From Pseudomonas sp. NY15181 (GTDB lineage: Bacteria; Pseudomonadota; Gammaproteobacteria; Pseudomonadales; Pseudomonadaceae), in the NCBI RefSeq assembly GCF_048068055.1, contig NZ_JBLUPT010000005.1, positions 260,509 through 324,508 of the forward strand: a DNA stretch of 64,000 bases, given 5' to 3'. The translations under genes and the position numbers were made by a program. Numbering within the stretch: the first letter of the stretch is position 1; the number at the start of each line of letters is the position of its first letter. Under the pieces are notes generated by a model. The model did not search any database. It was not told the origin of the DNA and worked only from the letters and a program-made list of their open reading frames with translations. Of this stretch, positions 21,801 through 34,897 are shown piece by piece.

Positions 21801-23383
21801 AAGATGTCCTGGTAGCGCCGCCGCGTCTCTTCGAGGATGTGCAGCGCCTGCTGCTCCTCGGTGACGTCGCGCAGCACCCAGACCTGGCCGCCATGAGGCA
21901 GGTTGCCGCGCAGCAGCCACGGCAGCTCCGGGGCGAGGGGATTGTCGTCCAGCGGGCGGCGGCTGACCGCGAACAGGCGCGCCTGCCCGGTGTGGTTGAC
22001 GCGGACCAGTTCGGTGCTGCCGCTGTCCGGCAGGGCGATGTCACCGTTGAGCTGTGCGCCCAGCCCCGGCAGGAGTTCCAGCAGGTGATGATTGGCGGCT
22101 TGCTCGGCCTGGATGCCGAACAGTTGCTCCGCCTGCGGGTTGAGGTAGGCCAGGCGGCCGTCGGCGCGGGTCACCAGCACCCGCTCGTCGATGGCACCCA
22201 GCGCCTGCGCGGCCTGGCGCAGGCGTTGCTGGGAGTCGGCGGTGAGCGCGCGCAGGTTCTGCTGTTCGCGCTGCAGGCGCAGCAGGGCGCCGCCGGTGAC
22301 GCCGGCGAGCAACAGCAGCAATGCCAGCTCCCCGACCAGTCGTGGCAGCAGCGCGGCGCGCACGTGCTGGACGTCGAACAGCGGGCGCAGTTGCCAGTCG
22401 GTGTTCTGGATCGGCAGTCCTGGGAGGCTCTGCGCCTGTTCCAGTGGCGAGGCGGCGGTGAGCGGGCCGGGCCGGGAACCGCTGGAGCGGCCGAGAACCT
22501 TGTGCCGCACCTGGTCTTCGAGAATCCACGGCGGCGCTTCCGGCCGGATCTGTGCGACCCAGCCACGACGGGCGAGTCGCTCGTCGAGGCGGATGATGCT
22601 GTCCCCTTCGCCGGCCGCGGTGGCCCGCAGCCAGACGTAGAACACGCCGCCGTTCTCTTCGCTGAAGGCGTAGTGATAGTCCTGGCGGCCGCCGCGCTCG
22701 CGCAGGGCGACGATGAAGGCCGCGTCCTTGAAGCCGATGGCGGAGTCGCGCAGTGGCACGCCGTTGCCATCCAGGCGCACCAGGCTGTGGAAGGAGGGAT
22801 AGATGCGGCGCAGCCCGTTGAGCAGGGCGGGTTCGCCGTCGACGTCGCCGCGGTCGTCGCGCTGCCGGAGCAGGGCCTGGGCGGCCATTGCCTTGAGCTC
22901 CAGGGTCAGCGAGATGCGCTGGGCCAGCTGCTCGCTGTGCAGCACCACCCGCTCGCGCTCGAAGCGCTCCTGGTTGCGGAACTCCTGGTGCAGTTGCCAG
23001 GCCAGCAGGCCGAGCATCAGCAGCACCAGCAGCAACAGGGCGGTACGGCTCGCCACGCGGCCAGGTCTGGTCAGGGTGTCCGTGGATGAGCGGGGTGTTG
23101 TAGACAAGGACCTGTTACCTGGGGGCGATACGGCGGAATTCGGCAGGGTTAGGATGCCCGGAAGTACGGCGATGTGCCAGCACGGCCGACGAGCGTCGTT
23201 TGCCCTTCCTGGCCCATTCCGGTAGCTTTGCCGCACGCGCGCGGGTGAAATGTCCGCGCCACGACTCGCGCGAAGGCCCTGAACCGGCCGTTCGCGCCCA
23301 CCGGTGGGGCGCTCCACCGTATCCGGCCAGCAGCGCCGGCGATCCGGAACCTGCCGCAGTCCGTTCCGGCCCATTCCGATCAC
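18851..23383 (-). CDS. morA: MorA-like membrane-anchored PAS/PAC-GGDEF-EAL c-di-GMP signalling protein
   Basis: Up to 1510 aa; N-terminal TM ([16 protein letters not shown]), multiple PAS/PAC repeats, intact GGDEF ([10 protein letters not shown]) and EAL (ELELTES...[10 protein letters not shown]). First ~110 codons are Arg-rich low complexity, so true start is probably an internal GTG/TTG near 23056. Confidence 0.85.
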   Translation of the reverse strand: MIGMGRNGLRQVPDRRRCWPDTVERPTGGRERPVQGLRASRGADISPARVRQSYRNGPGRANDARRPCWHIAVLPGILTLPNSAVSPPGNRSLSTTPRSSTDTLTRPGRVASRTALLLLVLLMLGLLAWQLHQEFRNQERFERERVVLHSEQLAQRISLTLELKAMAAQALLRQRDDRGDVDGEPALLNGLRRIYPSFHSLVRLDGNGVPLRDSAIGFKDAAFIVALRERGGRQDYHYAFSEENGGVFYVWLRATAAGEGDSIIRLDERLARRGWVAQIRPEAPPWILEDQVRHKVLGRSSGSRPGPLTAASPLEQAQSLPGLPIQNTDWQLRPLFDVQHVRAALLPRLVGELALLLLLAGVTGGALLRLQREQQNLRALTADSQQRLRQAAQALGAIDERVLVTRADGRLAYLNPQAEQLFGIQAEQAANHHLLELLPGLGAQLNGDIALPDSGSTELVRVNHTGQARLFAVSRRPLDDNPLAPELPWLLRGNLPHGGQVWVLRDVTEEQQALHILEETRRRYQDIFDGVGVALCVLDLSALRQNLVDLNLRRQNDLQEWIASQPERLPGLLRQVRITEINNVAKRLMGVSTTEQAWQILIGSAGMRPDGVRSKVLEAVLAGHGMVELEACIQTRQGEQRHLWLQLRVPEMIQDFHAVTLSLSDITSRKQVELSLVEREKFWSDAVRAVPDTLYIHDIAARRVIFSNHNLGYQLGYSADELRAMGERFWEKVLHPDDVEYYWRVRNLQQVVGDGLLLDSQLRWRHRDGSWHWFDIREQAFTRDAAGRVARLIGVAKDITATVEAHNSLRESGRRYRMLAESISDVIVSTDAQVKLNYVSPSIQQVFGYSADWMLQNGFQQVAANPAQLERLTALLDRLHDAIGEPTRLAELRESTAPQLFTLDCIHADGHKIPVELRIALMWDDHGGFEGLLGVARDISQQRRAEREMRMAATVFEHSTAAIMVTDPVGYIVQINDSFSRLTGYRAEEVLDQLPRMLTADRQEANQLKHVLDSLLRSGSWEGEILQKRKNGELYPSWVGITAVHDEEGDLVSFVCFFSDISERKASERRIHRLAYYDALTHLPNRTLFQDRLHTALLQAERHQQWVVLMFLDLDRFKPINDSLGHAAGDRMLKEVAERLSHCVSDDDTVARMGGDEFTLLLPGQGDRERALRQAIQVAEQILASLARPFTLEGREFFVTASIGVALSPQDGAELSQLMKNADTAMYHAKEMGKNNFQFYQAEMNARALERLELESDLRRAIEQEEFILHYQPQFTGDGRRLTGAEALLRWQHPKRGLIPPTEFVPVLEELGLVAQVGDWLLEQACLQLKSWHRDKVRVPKISVNLSARQFADGQLGERIAGILRDTGIPPACLELELTESILMSDVSQAMQILRGLKRLGLAIAVDDFGTGYSSLNYLKQFPIDVLKIDRSFVDGLPHGEQDAQIARAIIAMAHSLNLMVIAEGVESHEQLDFLREHGCDEVQGFLFGRPVPAAQFAALFASNALFLLG

Positions 23384-23408
23384 TATTCATCCCAGAAGTC
23401 AGGTATCC

Positions 23409-27000
<3,592 letters not shown>

Positions 27001-27014
27001 TCATCCCGGCAGCA

Positions 27015-27045
27015 TGAAAAACGGGCCCGATGGGCCCGTTTTTCA
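27015..27045. terminator. bidirectional rho-independent terminator (gdhA / ccpR)
   Basis: GAAAAACGGGCCCGATGGGCCCGTTTTTC. Confidence 0.8.
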
Positions 27046-27085
27046 TTTCAGCCGGTGCAGTGTGTGCCCAGCGGTGTTGATTCGA

Positions 27086-28117
27086 TCAATCCACCGGCCG
27101 CGGCGTGGTCGCGGTGCTCGGCGGCAGAATCGGGTACTCCACCTGCGGCTGCTTGCCGGTGAGGGTCTTGAGGAAGGCGACGATATCCCCGACTTCCTCC
27201 GTGGAGAGCTGTTTCCCCAGTTGCGCAGTGCCCATGATCGCCACCGCTTCCTCCAGGCTCCAGACCTGTCCGCTGTGGAAATACGGTGCGGTCAGCGCCA
27301 CGTTGCGCAGTGGCGCGGCGCGGAACACGTACTGGTCGTTCGGCGTCTTGGTCACCTCGAAGCGGCCCTTGTCGCCACTGGGCAGAACCTTGTCGTCCGG
27401 TTTCTTCACCAGGCCGAACGGGAAGTAGGCCTGGCCGCCCAGGTTCACGCCGTTGTGGCAGCTGATGCAGCCGGAGCTCATGAAGGTCTGCAGGCCCTTC
27501 TTCTCCCTGGCGTCGAGGGCGTTGTCGTCACCCTTGAGGTAGAGGTCGAAGCGCGAGTCGGGGGTGATCAGGGTCGATTCGAAGGCCTGCAGGGCGCGAG
27601 CCATGTTGTCGAAGCTGACCGGCTGATTGTCGCCGGGGAAGGCCTTGCCGAATGCCGCGACGTACTCGGGCATGCTCCTCAGCGTGGCCTCGACGTTCTT
27701 CGGCGTGTTGTGCATCTCCACCGGGTTCTGCACCGGGCCCTTGGCCTGTTCCTCCAGGTCCTTGGCGCGGCCATCCCAGAACTGCGCGACGTTGAACACC
27801 GCGTTGAACACCGTGGGCGAGTTGCGTGCGCCTTTCTGCCAGGCATGGCCGCTGGAGGTCGGCACGTTGTCGGCGCCGCCGGTGCCGATGTTGTGGCAGG
27901 TGTTGCAGCTGATCACGTGGCTGGCGGACAGGCGGGGCTCGAAGAACAGCTGCCGGCCCAGCTCGATCTGGCCGGGGTCGAGCGTGTCGCTGGCCTGCTC
28001 CGGGATGGGCTTGAAGAGGCTGTTGGCGTGGTCGCGCAGGGCATCGGCATTCGCGCAGGTGGCGGCGCTGCTCAGCGCCAGCAACAGGGCGGTCAGGGAC
28101 AGTTTGAAGGGCTGCAT
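27086..28117 (-). CDS. ccpR: di-haem cytochrome c551 peroxidase
   Basis: 343 aa; signal peptide; two CxxCH haem motifs (CNTCHN, CISCHN); collinear with bacterial CcpA/CcpR. Confidence 0.9.
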   Translation of the reverse strand: MQPFKLSLTALLLALSSAATCANADALRDHANSLFKPIPEQASDTLDPGQIELGRQLFFEPRLSASHVISCNTCHNIGTGGADNVPTSSGHAWQKGARNSPTVFNAVFNVAQFWDGRAKDLEEQAKGPVQNPVEMHNTPKNVEATLRSMPEYVAAFGKAFPGDNQPVSFDNMARALQAFESTLITPDSRFDLYLKGDDNALDAREKKGLQTFMSSGCISCHNGVNLGGQAYFPFGLVKKPDDKVLPSGDKGRFEVTKTPNDQYVFRAAPLRNVALTAPYFHSGQVWSLEEAVAIMGTAQLGKQLSTEEVGDIVAFLKTLTGKQPQVEYPILPPSTATTPRPVD

Positions 28118-28188
28118 CGGGCGTCTCCACTCTCGGGCTATTGGGGCTTGTCCGAGTTCAAGGAGAGGGCAGGGTCGATCCGGCTGGA

Positions 28189-28202
28189 TTGACGGAAATC
28201 AA
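28189..28202. promoter_or_regulatory. ANR/FNR-type box upstream of ccpR
   Basis: TTGACGGAAATCAA (consensus TTGAT-N4-ATCAA, one mismatch) centred ~78 bp upstream of the ccpR ATG. Confidence 0.55.
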
Positions 28203-28240
28203 ATGGGTGGGCGTGTTCGCCTCGAAGTGTTGCGGCAGTC

Positions 28241-28600
28241 TCAGTTCCCGTGCAGGGGGCGGGTCAGTGCGCGGTCCTTCTCCCGCTCCCAGTCGCGGTC
28301 GCGATCACTGTTGCGCTGCGACTCATAGCGTTGGCGTTCCTGGCTCAGGTACTGGCCCTGGCACTGCTGGAAGCCATCGCTCCAGCCGAGGGCATACGGC
28401 TTGTCGGCGAGATAACGCGACACGTTCTTGCGGAACTCGCCGGTGATGGCGCCCGCTGCCTGGCGGCCACTGCCGCAGCCATCGTCGAAGCCGTCGGCGT
28501 AGGCGGGCGGATAGCCTTGGGCGATGAGCGTCTGGTGGGTTGTCTCGCAACCGGCCAGCGGCGCGAGTAGAAGCAGGATGAAGATGGCGCGGGGCGCCAT
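28241..28600 (-). CDS. hypothetical lipoprotein
   Basis: ATG at 28600 gives MAPRAIFILLLLAPLAGC lipobox. Confidence 0.55.
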   Translation of the reverse strand: MAPRAIFILLLLAPLAGCETTHQTLIAQGYPPAYADGFDDGCGSGRQAAGAITGEFRKNVSRYLADKPYALGWSDGFQQCQGQYLSQERQRYESQRNSDRDRDWEREKDRALTRPLHGN

Positions 28601-28702
28601 GGAAACTCCCGTGTGCCACTGGGCGGGCGCACGCGCCGGATGGAGAGGCACGCCCCGGCAGGGGCATGGCGGCAATCTATCCAGCGAGCTGTGAGGAAAG
28701 CG

Positions 28703-29728
28703 TCAAGCCGGCGTGATCGCGATGTGCTGCCCGTCTGCCGTCGTCGGCTGGCAGTGGATGCGTACCGGCAGAAAGGCCTCGATGACCGCGCGGTTGCACC
28801 GCAGGTGATCGCTCAGCAGCGGTGTGGTGAAGCTGCCGCCGCCGGCCAGGGCCATCGGCAGCAACAACTGGTCCGCCAGGTGCTCGTCCACGGCGGTACC
28901 GCTGCCGCGCCACGCATCGGCCTGCCGCAGCGCCTGGTCGGCGACCCGCTCGGCGCTGATGCCCGGCTGGCCGAAGGCGCAGAACACCAGTGTCAGGTGT
29001 TCGCACTCGATATCCAGCAGCAGGGCGTTACCCGGTCCCTGGTCTTCGGGCAGGCGTACCACCTTGGTGCTGGCAGTGCTCCATCCCTTGTGGCGGCGGA
29101 CTCGCTCCATCTCGCGCTCGGCGACGTGGCCGGGCACGCCCGTCAGCAGGACGCGGGCTGAACGCGAGCGCTCGGGCCCCACCTCCATCAGATGCAACGG
29201 CTGCAGTTCGCCGGGCTGCACGCGCACTGCCAGCTCGCCGCCACCGGCCGGCATGAAGCCGTGGCGCAGCAGCTCGAAATCCACGTGCGCACCCATGCGC
29301 CGCAGCAGCGGCAGCCAACTGCGCTCGATGAAGTCCGCCGGCGGCGCCAGCGGGTTGTGGGTGCCGCCGCTGATCGCAAGGCGGCTCGGTGCATCGGCGA
29401 ACAGCAGCGCTGGCAGCAGGGTTTGCAGCACCAGCACGGCGCTGCCCGCGCTGCCGATGGTGAAGCGGTAGTCGCCGCCGTGGATCGCACCGGGGCGGAA
29501 GGTCAGGCTGCGCGAACCCAGCTCCGCACCATCCACCGCCGCCCCGCTGATTTCCGCTGCCGCCCGCACCGCCGTCAGGTGCTGACGCAACAGCCCCGGC
29601 CGTGAGCGCCGGCCACGGATATTGACGATGCGCAGCGCCTTGCCGGTGATCATCGACAGGCTCAGCGCGCTGCGCAGGATCTGCCCGCCGCCTTCGGCGC
29701 CATCGAGTTCGATCAGGTCCTTGTTCAT
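28703..29728 (-). CDS. rtcA: RNA 3'-terminal phosphate cyclase
   Basis: 341 aa; N-terminal LDGAEGGGQILRSALSLSMITGKALRIVNIRGRR characteristic of RtcA; conserved His-containing region ...RFTIGSAGS. Confidence 0.9.
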   Translation of the reverse strand: MNKDLIELDGAEGGGQILRSALSLSMITGKALRIVNIRGRRSRPGLLRQHLTAVRAAAEISGAAVDGAELGSRSLTFRPGAIHGGDYRFTIGSAGSAVLVLQTLLPALLFADAPSRLAISGGTHNPLAPPADFIERSWLPLLRRMGAHVDFELLRHGFMPAGGGELAVRVQPGELQPLHLMEVGPERSRSARVLLTGVPGHVAEREMERVRRHKGWSTASTKVVRLPEDQGPGNALLLDIECEHLTLVFCAFGQPGISAERVADQALRQADAWRGSGTAVDEHLADQLLLPMALAGGGSFTTPLLSDHLRCNRAVIEAFLPVRIHCQPTTADGQHIAITPA

Positions 29729-29780
29729 CGTTCGATTCCTTGTCTTGCAGTCGACGCGAGCTGTCTCAGCCCGCGCCGCT

Positions 29781-31001
29781 CTATCCCTTCACGCACACCA
29801 CCTGACGCAGGGTATGCAGCACTTCCACCAGCTCGCGCTGGGCGTTCATCACCGCGTCGATGTCCTTGTAGGCCATGGGGATCTCGTCGATCACATCCTT
29901 GTCCTTTCGGCATTCGACGTGGGCGGTGGCGCGCACCTGGTCTTCCACGGTGAACAGCTTCTTGGCGCGGGTTCGGCTCATGGTCCGGCCGGCGCCGTGG
30001 CTGCACGAGCAGAAGGCCTCCTCGTTACCCAGCCCGCGGACGATGAAGCTCTTGGCACCCATCGAGCCGGGGATGATCCCGAGTTCGCCCTTCTGCGCGG
30101 ACACCGCGCCCTTGCGGGTCACCAGGATCTCTTCGCCAAAGTGGCGTTCCTTCTGCACGTAGTTGTGGTGGCAGTTCACCGCTTCCAGGCTGGCCTCGAA
30201 CGGCTTGCGGATCACTTGCCGAGCGGCGGCGATCACCGCGCGCATCATCAGCTCGCGGTTCTGCCGGGCGAAGTCCTGGGCCCAGCCCACGGCTTCCACA
30301 TAGTCGTCGAAGTGCCGGCTGCCTTCCTCGAAGTAGGCCAGGTCGCGGTCCGGCAGGTTGGCGATGTGCTGGCGCATATCGGCCTGGGCCAGTTCGATGA
30401 ACAGGTTGCCGATGGCATTGCCCACGCCGCGCGACCCGCTGTGCAGCATGAACCACACGCGGTCGGCCTCGTCGAGGCAGACCTCGATGAAGTGGTTGCC
30501 GGTCCCGAGGGTTCCCAGGTGGTGGCGGTTGTTGGTCTTCTCCAGCTTCGGGTACTTGCCGGTGATCGCCTTGAAGCGGCCGGCCAGTGCCTTCCAGGCG
30601 TCATCGGCGTGCTCCGGTACGTTCTCCCAGGCGCCCTGGTCGCGGCGGCCGAAGGTCTTGCCGTGGGGCACGGCCTTCTCGATGGCGCTGCGCAGGCCGT
30701 GCAGGTTGTCCGGCAGGTCGGCCGCCATCAGCGAGGTGCGTGCGGCGATCATGCCGCAGCCGATATCCACGCCGACCGCAGCCGGGATGATCGCGCCCCG
30801 GGTGGGGATCACGCTGCCGATGGTCGAGCCTTTGCCCAGGTGCACGTCCGGCATCACGGCCAGGTGCTTGAAGATGAACGGCATCTTCGCGGTGTTCATC
30901 AGTTGCTGGCGGGCGTCCTCCTCCACCGGCACGCCCTGGGTCCAGAGCTTGATCGGCTTGCCGTTGGCGACTTCCAGCAGTTGGAACGTGGTGTTTTTCA
31001 T
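29781..31001 (-). CDS. rtcB: RNA-splicing ligase RtcB
   Basis: Track ORF extends to 31142; ATG at 31001 gives MKNTTFQLLEVANGKPIKLWTQGVPVEE..., 406 aa; conserved motifs HLGKGSTIGSV, PGSMG, CSCSHGAGR, HNYV. Confidence 0.9.
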   Translation of the reverse strand: MKNTTFQLLEVANGKPIKLWTQGVPVEEDARQQLMNTAKMPFIFKHLAVMPDVHLGKGSTIGSVIPTRGAIIPAAVGVDIGCGMIAARTSLMAADLPDNLHGLRSAIEKAVPHGKTFGRRDQGAWENVPEHADDAWKALAGRFKAITGKYPKLEKTNNRHHLGTLGTGNHFIEVCLDEADRVWFMLHSGSRGVGNAIGNLFIELAQADMRQHIANLPDRDLAYFEEGSRHFDDYVEAVGWAQDFARQNRELMMRAVIAAARQVIRKPFEASLEAVNCHHNYVQKERHFGEEILVTRKGAVSAQKGELGIIPGSMGAKSFIVRGLGNEEAFCSCSHGAGRTMSRTRAKKLFTVEDQVRATAHVECRKDKDVIDEIPMAYKDIDAVMNAQRELVEVLHTLRQVVCVKG

Positions 31002-31396
31002 GCGCTGAATCTCTTTGGTTCGGGGGCGAGCTGACCGGGAGCGGGTTGCGCCCGGCCGTCGCGAATTCGTTTGTTCAATCGGCACGCTCGGCAGCGTATG
31101 GCCGTGGAATAGACCTGCCCTTTGCAGTCCTCGTACCACCACTTCTGCTGTGCGGCGGTCCAGGTTTCCCGGGCTCCGCAGTCCTGGCAGGTAAAGGTCT
31201 TATCCTCGTACCAACCGCGCCGGACAAAAAGTGGATCGCCATAGCTGTTGTAAGGCGCCAGGTTGGAGCGGCTGACCGGGAAGGTGCCCACGGGGCCGGC
31301 TGGGGCCATGGGCTGTTCAATGGGCCGAGTCTTCCTCGCCTTGCGACGTTCTCGCGCCAGGCGAATTTCCCGCCGGCGTTGCTTGTTGCTTTTCAC
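30998..31396 (-). CDS. small basic zinc-ribbon protein encoded in the rtc operon
   Basis: 132 aa, GTG start behind AAGGAGAAGG RBS; Arg/Lys-rich N-terminus (KQRRREIRLARERRKARKTR) and two CxxC pairs (CQDCG ... CRAC); stop overlaps rtcB start (ATGA). Confidence 0.6.
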   Translation of the reverse strand: MKSNKQRRREIRLARERRKARKTRPIEQPMAPAGPVGTFPVSRSNLAPYNSYGDPLFVRRGWYEDKTFTCQDCGARETWTAAQQKWWYEDCKGQVYSTAIRCRACRLNKRIRDGRAQPAPGQLAPEPKRFSA

Positions 31397-31427
31397 GGCA
31401 CCTTCTCCTTCGCCGGGCAGGCCCTGT

Positions 31428-32573
31428 TCAGGCCTGCTTCAGCGTTACCAGTCCATTCAACACCTGATCCAGGCCGCCGAATACCGAGATGCGGTCGATC
31501 CGCTCGGCCACCCGTTCCAGGGTTTCCAGTTCCTTCAGGCGCAGGGCGGTGGGGTTTTCTTCCATCACCTTGGCCGTGTTCAGCAGCGAGCGGGTCGCCG
31601 AGGTTTCCTCGCGGCGGCGGATCACGTTGGCCTGCGCGGCCTTCTCCGCTTCCACCACCTGGGCCAGCAGCGCCTTCATCTCGCCCGGCAGGATGATGTC
31701 GCGCACGCCCAGTCCGCTGACCTCGATGCCGGTGCCGGACAGCCGTTCCTTGAGGTGGGCGCCGACCGACTCGTCGATGAGCTGCTTGTTCTCCAGCAGT
31801 TCATCCAGCGAGCGGGTGCCCACCGCCGCCCGCAGGCCGAACTGCAGCTCGCGGTACAGGTGCTCCAGCGGCTTGGACAGGCGCGAGTACGCCATCAGTA
31901 CGTCGCTGTAGTGCCAGTTGGCGGCCAGGTTCAGGCGCAGGCTCACCTTGTCGCGGGTGAGGATTTCCTGGCCGCTGACTTCCAGCGCCTGGATACGGGT
32001 GTCGATCAGCTCCACGCTCACCTGGCGGTTGTAGCGCCAGAAGCCGTACTGGCCCGCCGGCAGCAGTTCGACGACCGCGCCGTCGACCTTCAGTACGCCG
32101 ACCTGGTAGGCCGGCACTTGCGCCATCAGTACCGCGTCCAGGCCGGCGAGGCTGCGGCCGCGCAGGTTAGGCTGGCTCAGTTGGGCCAGCAGCGGGGCGG
32201 CCAGCCGGTAGTCCTGGCTCAGGTCGATGCGCTCCAGGCGCTGTTCGGTCTGGCCCTTCCAGTACAGCCGGCGGCTGCCCGGCGGCAGGATTTCCGCCAG
32301 CACGCCGTCTTCGAAGCGCAGGCCTGCTTCGTTCTCGGTCAGGTCCATGCGGGTGAAGTAGCGTTCGACCAGTGCAGGTTCGGACTGGCGCAGGTAACCG
32401 GCCAGGCGGTGCTCGAACAGCGGGGTGTTCAGGCTGAAGGTTTCCACGCTCAGGCGGTTGTACAGGTCCAGATGGCGGTGGATGCCCGGCTCGAGGAGGG
32501 CCAGGAAATCGCCTTCGGAGTACAGCAGGCCGCGTTCGTTCTTTTTCACGGTAAAGCGCTTCAGCAGTTTCAT
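31428..32573 (-). CDS. SPFH/band-7 (slipin/HflK-C-like) domain protein encoded in the rtc operon
   Basis: Track ORF 31428..32825 over-extended; ATG at 32573 with AGGAAGAGAG RBS gives MKLLKRFTVKKNERGLLYSEGDF..., 381 aa, PHB/band-7 core followed by C-terminal coiled-coil (VEAEKAAQANVIRRREETSA). Confidence 0.7.
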   Translation of the reverse strand: MKLLKRFTVKKNERGLLYSEGDFLALLEPGIHRHLDLYNRLSVETFSLNTPLFEHRLAGYLRQSEPALVERYFTRMDLTENEAGLRFEDGVLAEILPPGSRRLYWKGQTEQRLERIDLSQDYRLAAPLLAQLSQPNLRGRSLAGLDAVLMAQVPAYQVGVLKVDGAVVELLPAGQYGFWRYNRQVSVELIDTRIQALEVSGQEILTRDKVSLRLNLAANWHYSDVLMAYSRLSKPLEHLYRELQFGLRAAVGTRSLDELLENKQLIDESVGAHLKERLSGTGIEVSGLGVRDIILPGEMKALLAQVVEAEKAAQANVIRRREETSATRSLLNTAKVMEENPTALRLKELETLERVAERIDRISVFGGLDQVLNGLVTLKQA

Positions 32574-32854
32574 TTCTCTCTTCCTTCTTTTCTCTTGTCC
32601 TGGTGCCGGTGCTTGCCGGCCCGCCGGGTGGCGCGGATGGAGCCTGCGAGAGGCGGGCGCTGCGGACGTCCTGTCCAGGCGGCCGATTCCTTCGGCCAGC
32701 GTCTGCCTTGTCGCAAGCCCGGTCCGCGTACCGGGCGGGCCGGCGGTGGCTGCGGGTCCTTGGCGTATCCGGCCGTCCTGGCCTCGTTTTGCCTGTCCCG
32801 TCGCCGCACCGGCGGGGTGTTGCATTCATGCGTAACTGCCGTGGGAGGGCAGTG

Positions 32855-32926
32855 TTCGAGCGGGAGTCGAACCCGCGACAGGCCATTTCGTGGATGGCTG
32901 CTCTAACCGGACTGAGCTATCGAACT
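32855..32926 (-). ncRNA. tRNA-Arg(ACG)-like module (non-canonical: C33, A1-A72 mismatch, no CCA)
   Basis: Minus-strand reading AGTTCGA-TA-GCTC-AGTCCGGTTA-GAGC-A-GCCAT-CCACGAA-ATGGC-CTGTC-GCGGG-TTCGACT-CCCGC-TCGAACA folds as a complete cloverleaf with perfect D-, anticodon- and T-arms; canonical T-loop TTCGA. Confidence 0.6.
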
Positions 32927-32997
32927 GCGCGGGCAGGATTCGAACCTGCGACCTCTCCCTCGAAGGGGGGGGCTCTACCGGGCTGAGCTACCGCGCA
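32927..32997 (-). ncRNA. tRNA-Arg-like module (anticodon region UCG; anticodon arm defective)
   Basis: Minus-strand TGCGCGG-TA-GCTC-AGCCCGGTA-GAGC-C-CCCCC-CTTCGA(G)-GGAGA-GGTC-GCAGG-TTCGAAT-CCTGC-CCGCGCA: perfect 7-bp acceptor, D- and T-arms. Scaffold (AGGTC variable loop, CAGGTTCGAATCCTG T-arm) matches the P. aeruginosa tRNA-Arg(CCG) sequence as recalled from memory, but the anticodon stem/loop has a mismatch and an apparent 1-nt loss; abuts module A with zero spacer. Confidence 0.55.
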
Positions 32998-33116
32998 ATC
33001 GACCGTGACTGCTGCAGCGGCATGCACGAAGCCGACACCAGGGGTGGGCTCGGGCACCGGCGGGAATTGGAGTCCCTGCCCGTGGGCTGCATCAGCGATG
33101 CGGTCGAGAGGGATAT

Positions 33117-33134
33117 AGCGAGGGGCGTGCCAGG
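33117..33134 (-). promoter_or_regulatory. sigma54 (-24/-12) promoter reading toward the tRNA-like modules and rtc operon
   Basis: Minus-strand TGGCACGCCCCTCGCT (consensus TGGCAC-N5-TTGCW: perfect -24, GC at -12, correct spacing) in the rtcR-divergent intergenic region; RtcR is a sigma54 enhancer-binding protein. Confidence 0.6.
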
Positions 33135-33139
33135 TTTGT

Positions 33140-33279
33140 TTCGGTTGGCTGAATTGTTTTATCAAGTAATTGATAAATAACGATTTAATTATTTTTCATA
33201 ACAACCTTGATGTCTCTTGGGTTTGGCGGATTTTCTGATTTATGGATATCTTTGGATCGGTATTTATCTTTTTGGATAA
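33140..33279. promoter_or_regulatory. AT-rich upstream region with palindrome TTATCAAGTAATTGATAA and TTTGGAT direct repeats (candidate IHF/RtcR UAS and rtcR promoter)
   Basis: ~140 bp that by eye is strongly AT-rich, between sigma54 promoter and rtcR start; perfect 18-bp palindrome ~33159-33176; repeats ...TCTTTGGATCGGTATTTATCTTTTTGGATAAATG. Confidence 0.4.
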
Positions 33280-34884
<1,605 letters not shown>

Positions 34885-34897
34885 GGCGCAGTGCGCC

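Noticed and set aside
23057-23383. N-terminal ~110 codons of the morA ORF as called by the ORF track
   Set aside because: Arg/Pro/Gly-rich low-complexity with no motif, preceding the obvious TM anchor; true start is probably an internal GTG/TTG near 23056, so the extension is likely non-coding.
32570-32809. 79-codon GTG-start ORF upstream of the SPFH gene with an ATGA overlap
   Set aside because: Extremely basic low-complexity sequence (RRRDRQNEAR...KHRHQDKRKEGREK) in GC-rich leader; more likely untranslated leader RNA than a gene, although the overlap is noted.
32855-32997. Calling the two cloverleaf units ordinary tRNA-Arg genes
   Set aside because: C33 in unit A, disrupted anticodon arm in unit B, A-A at 1:72, absence of encoded CCA and zero spacing between units argue against canonical functional tRNA genes; annotated as tRNA-like modules instead.
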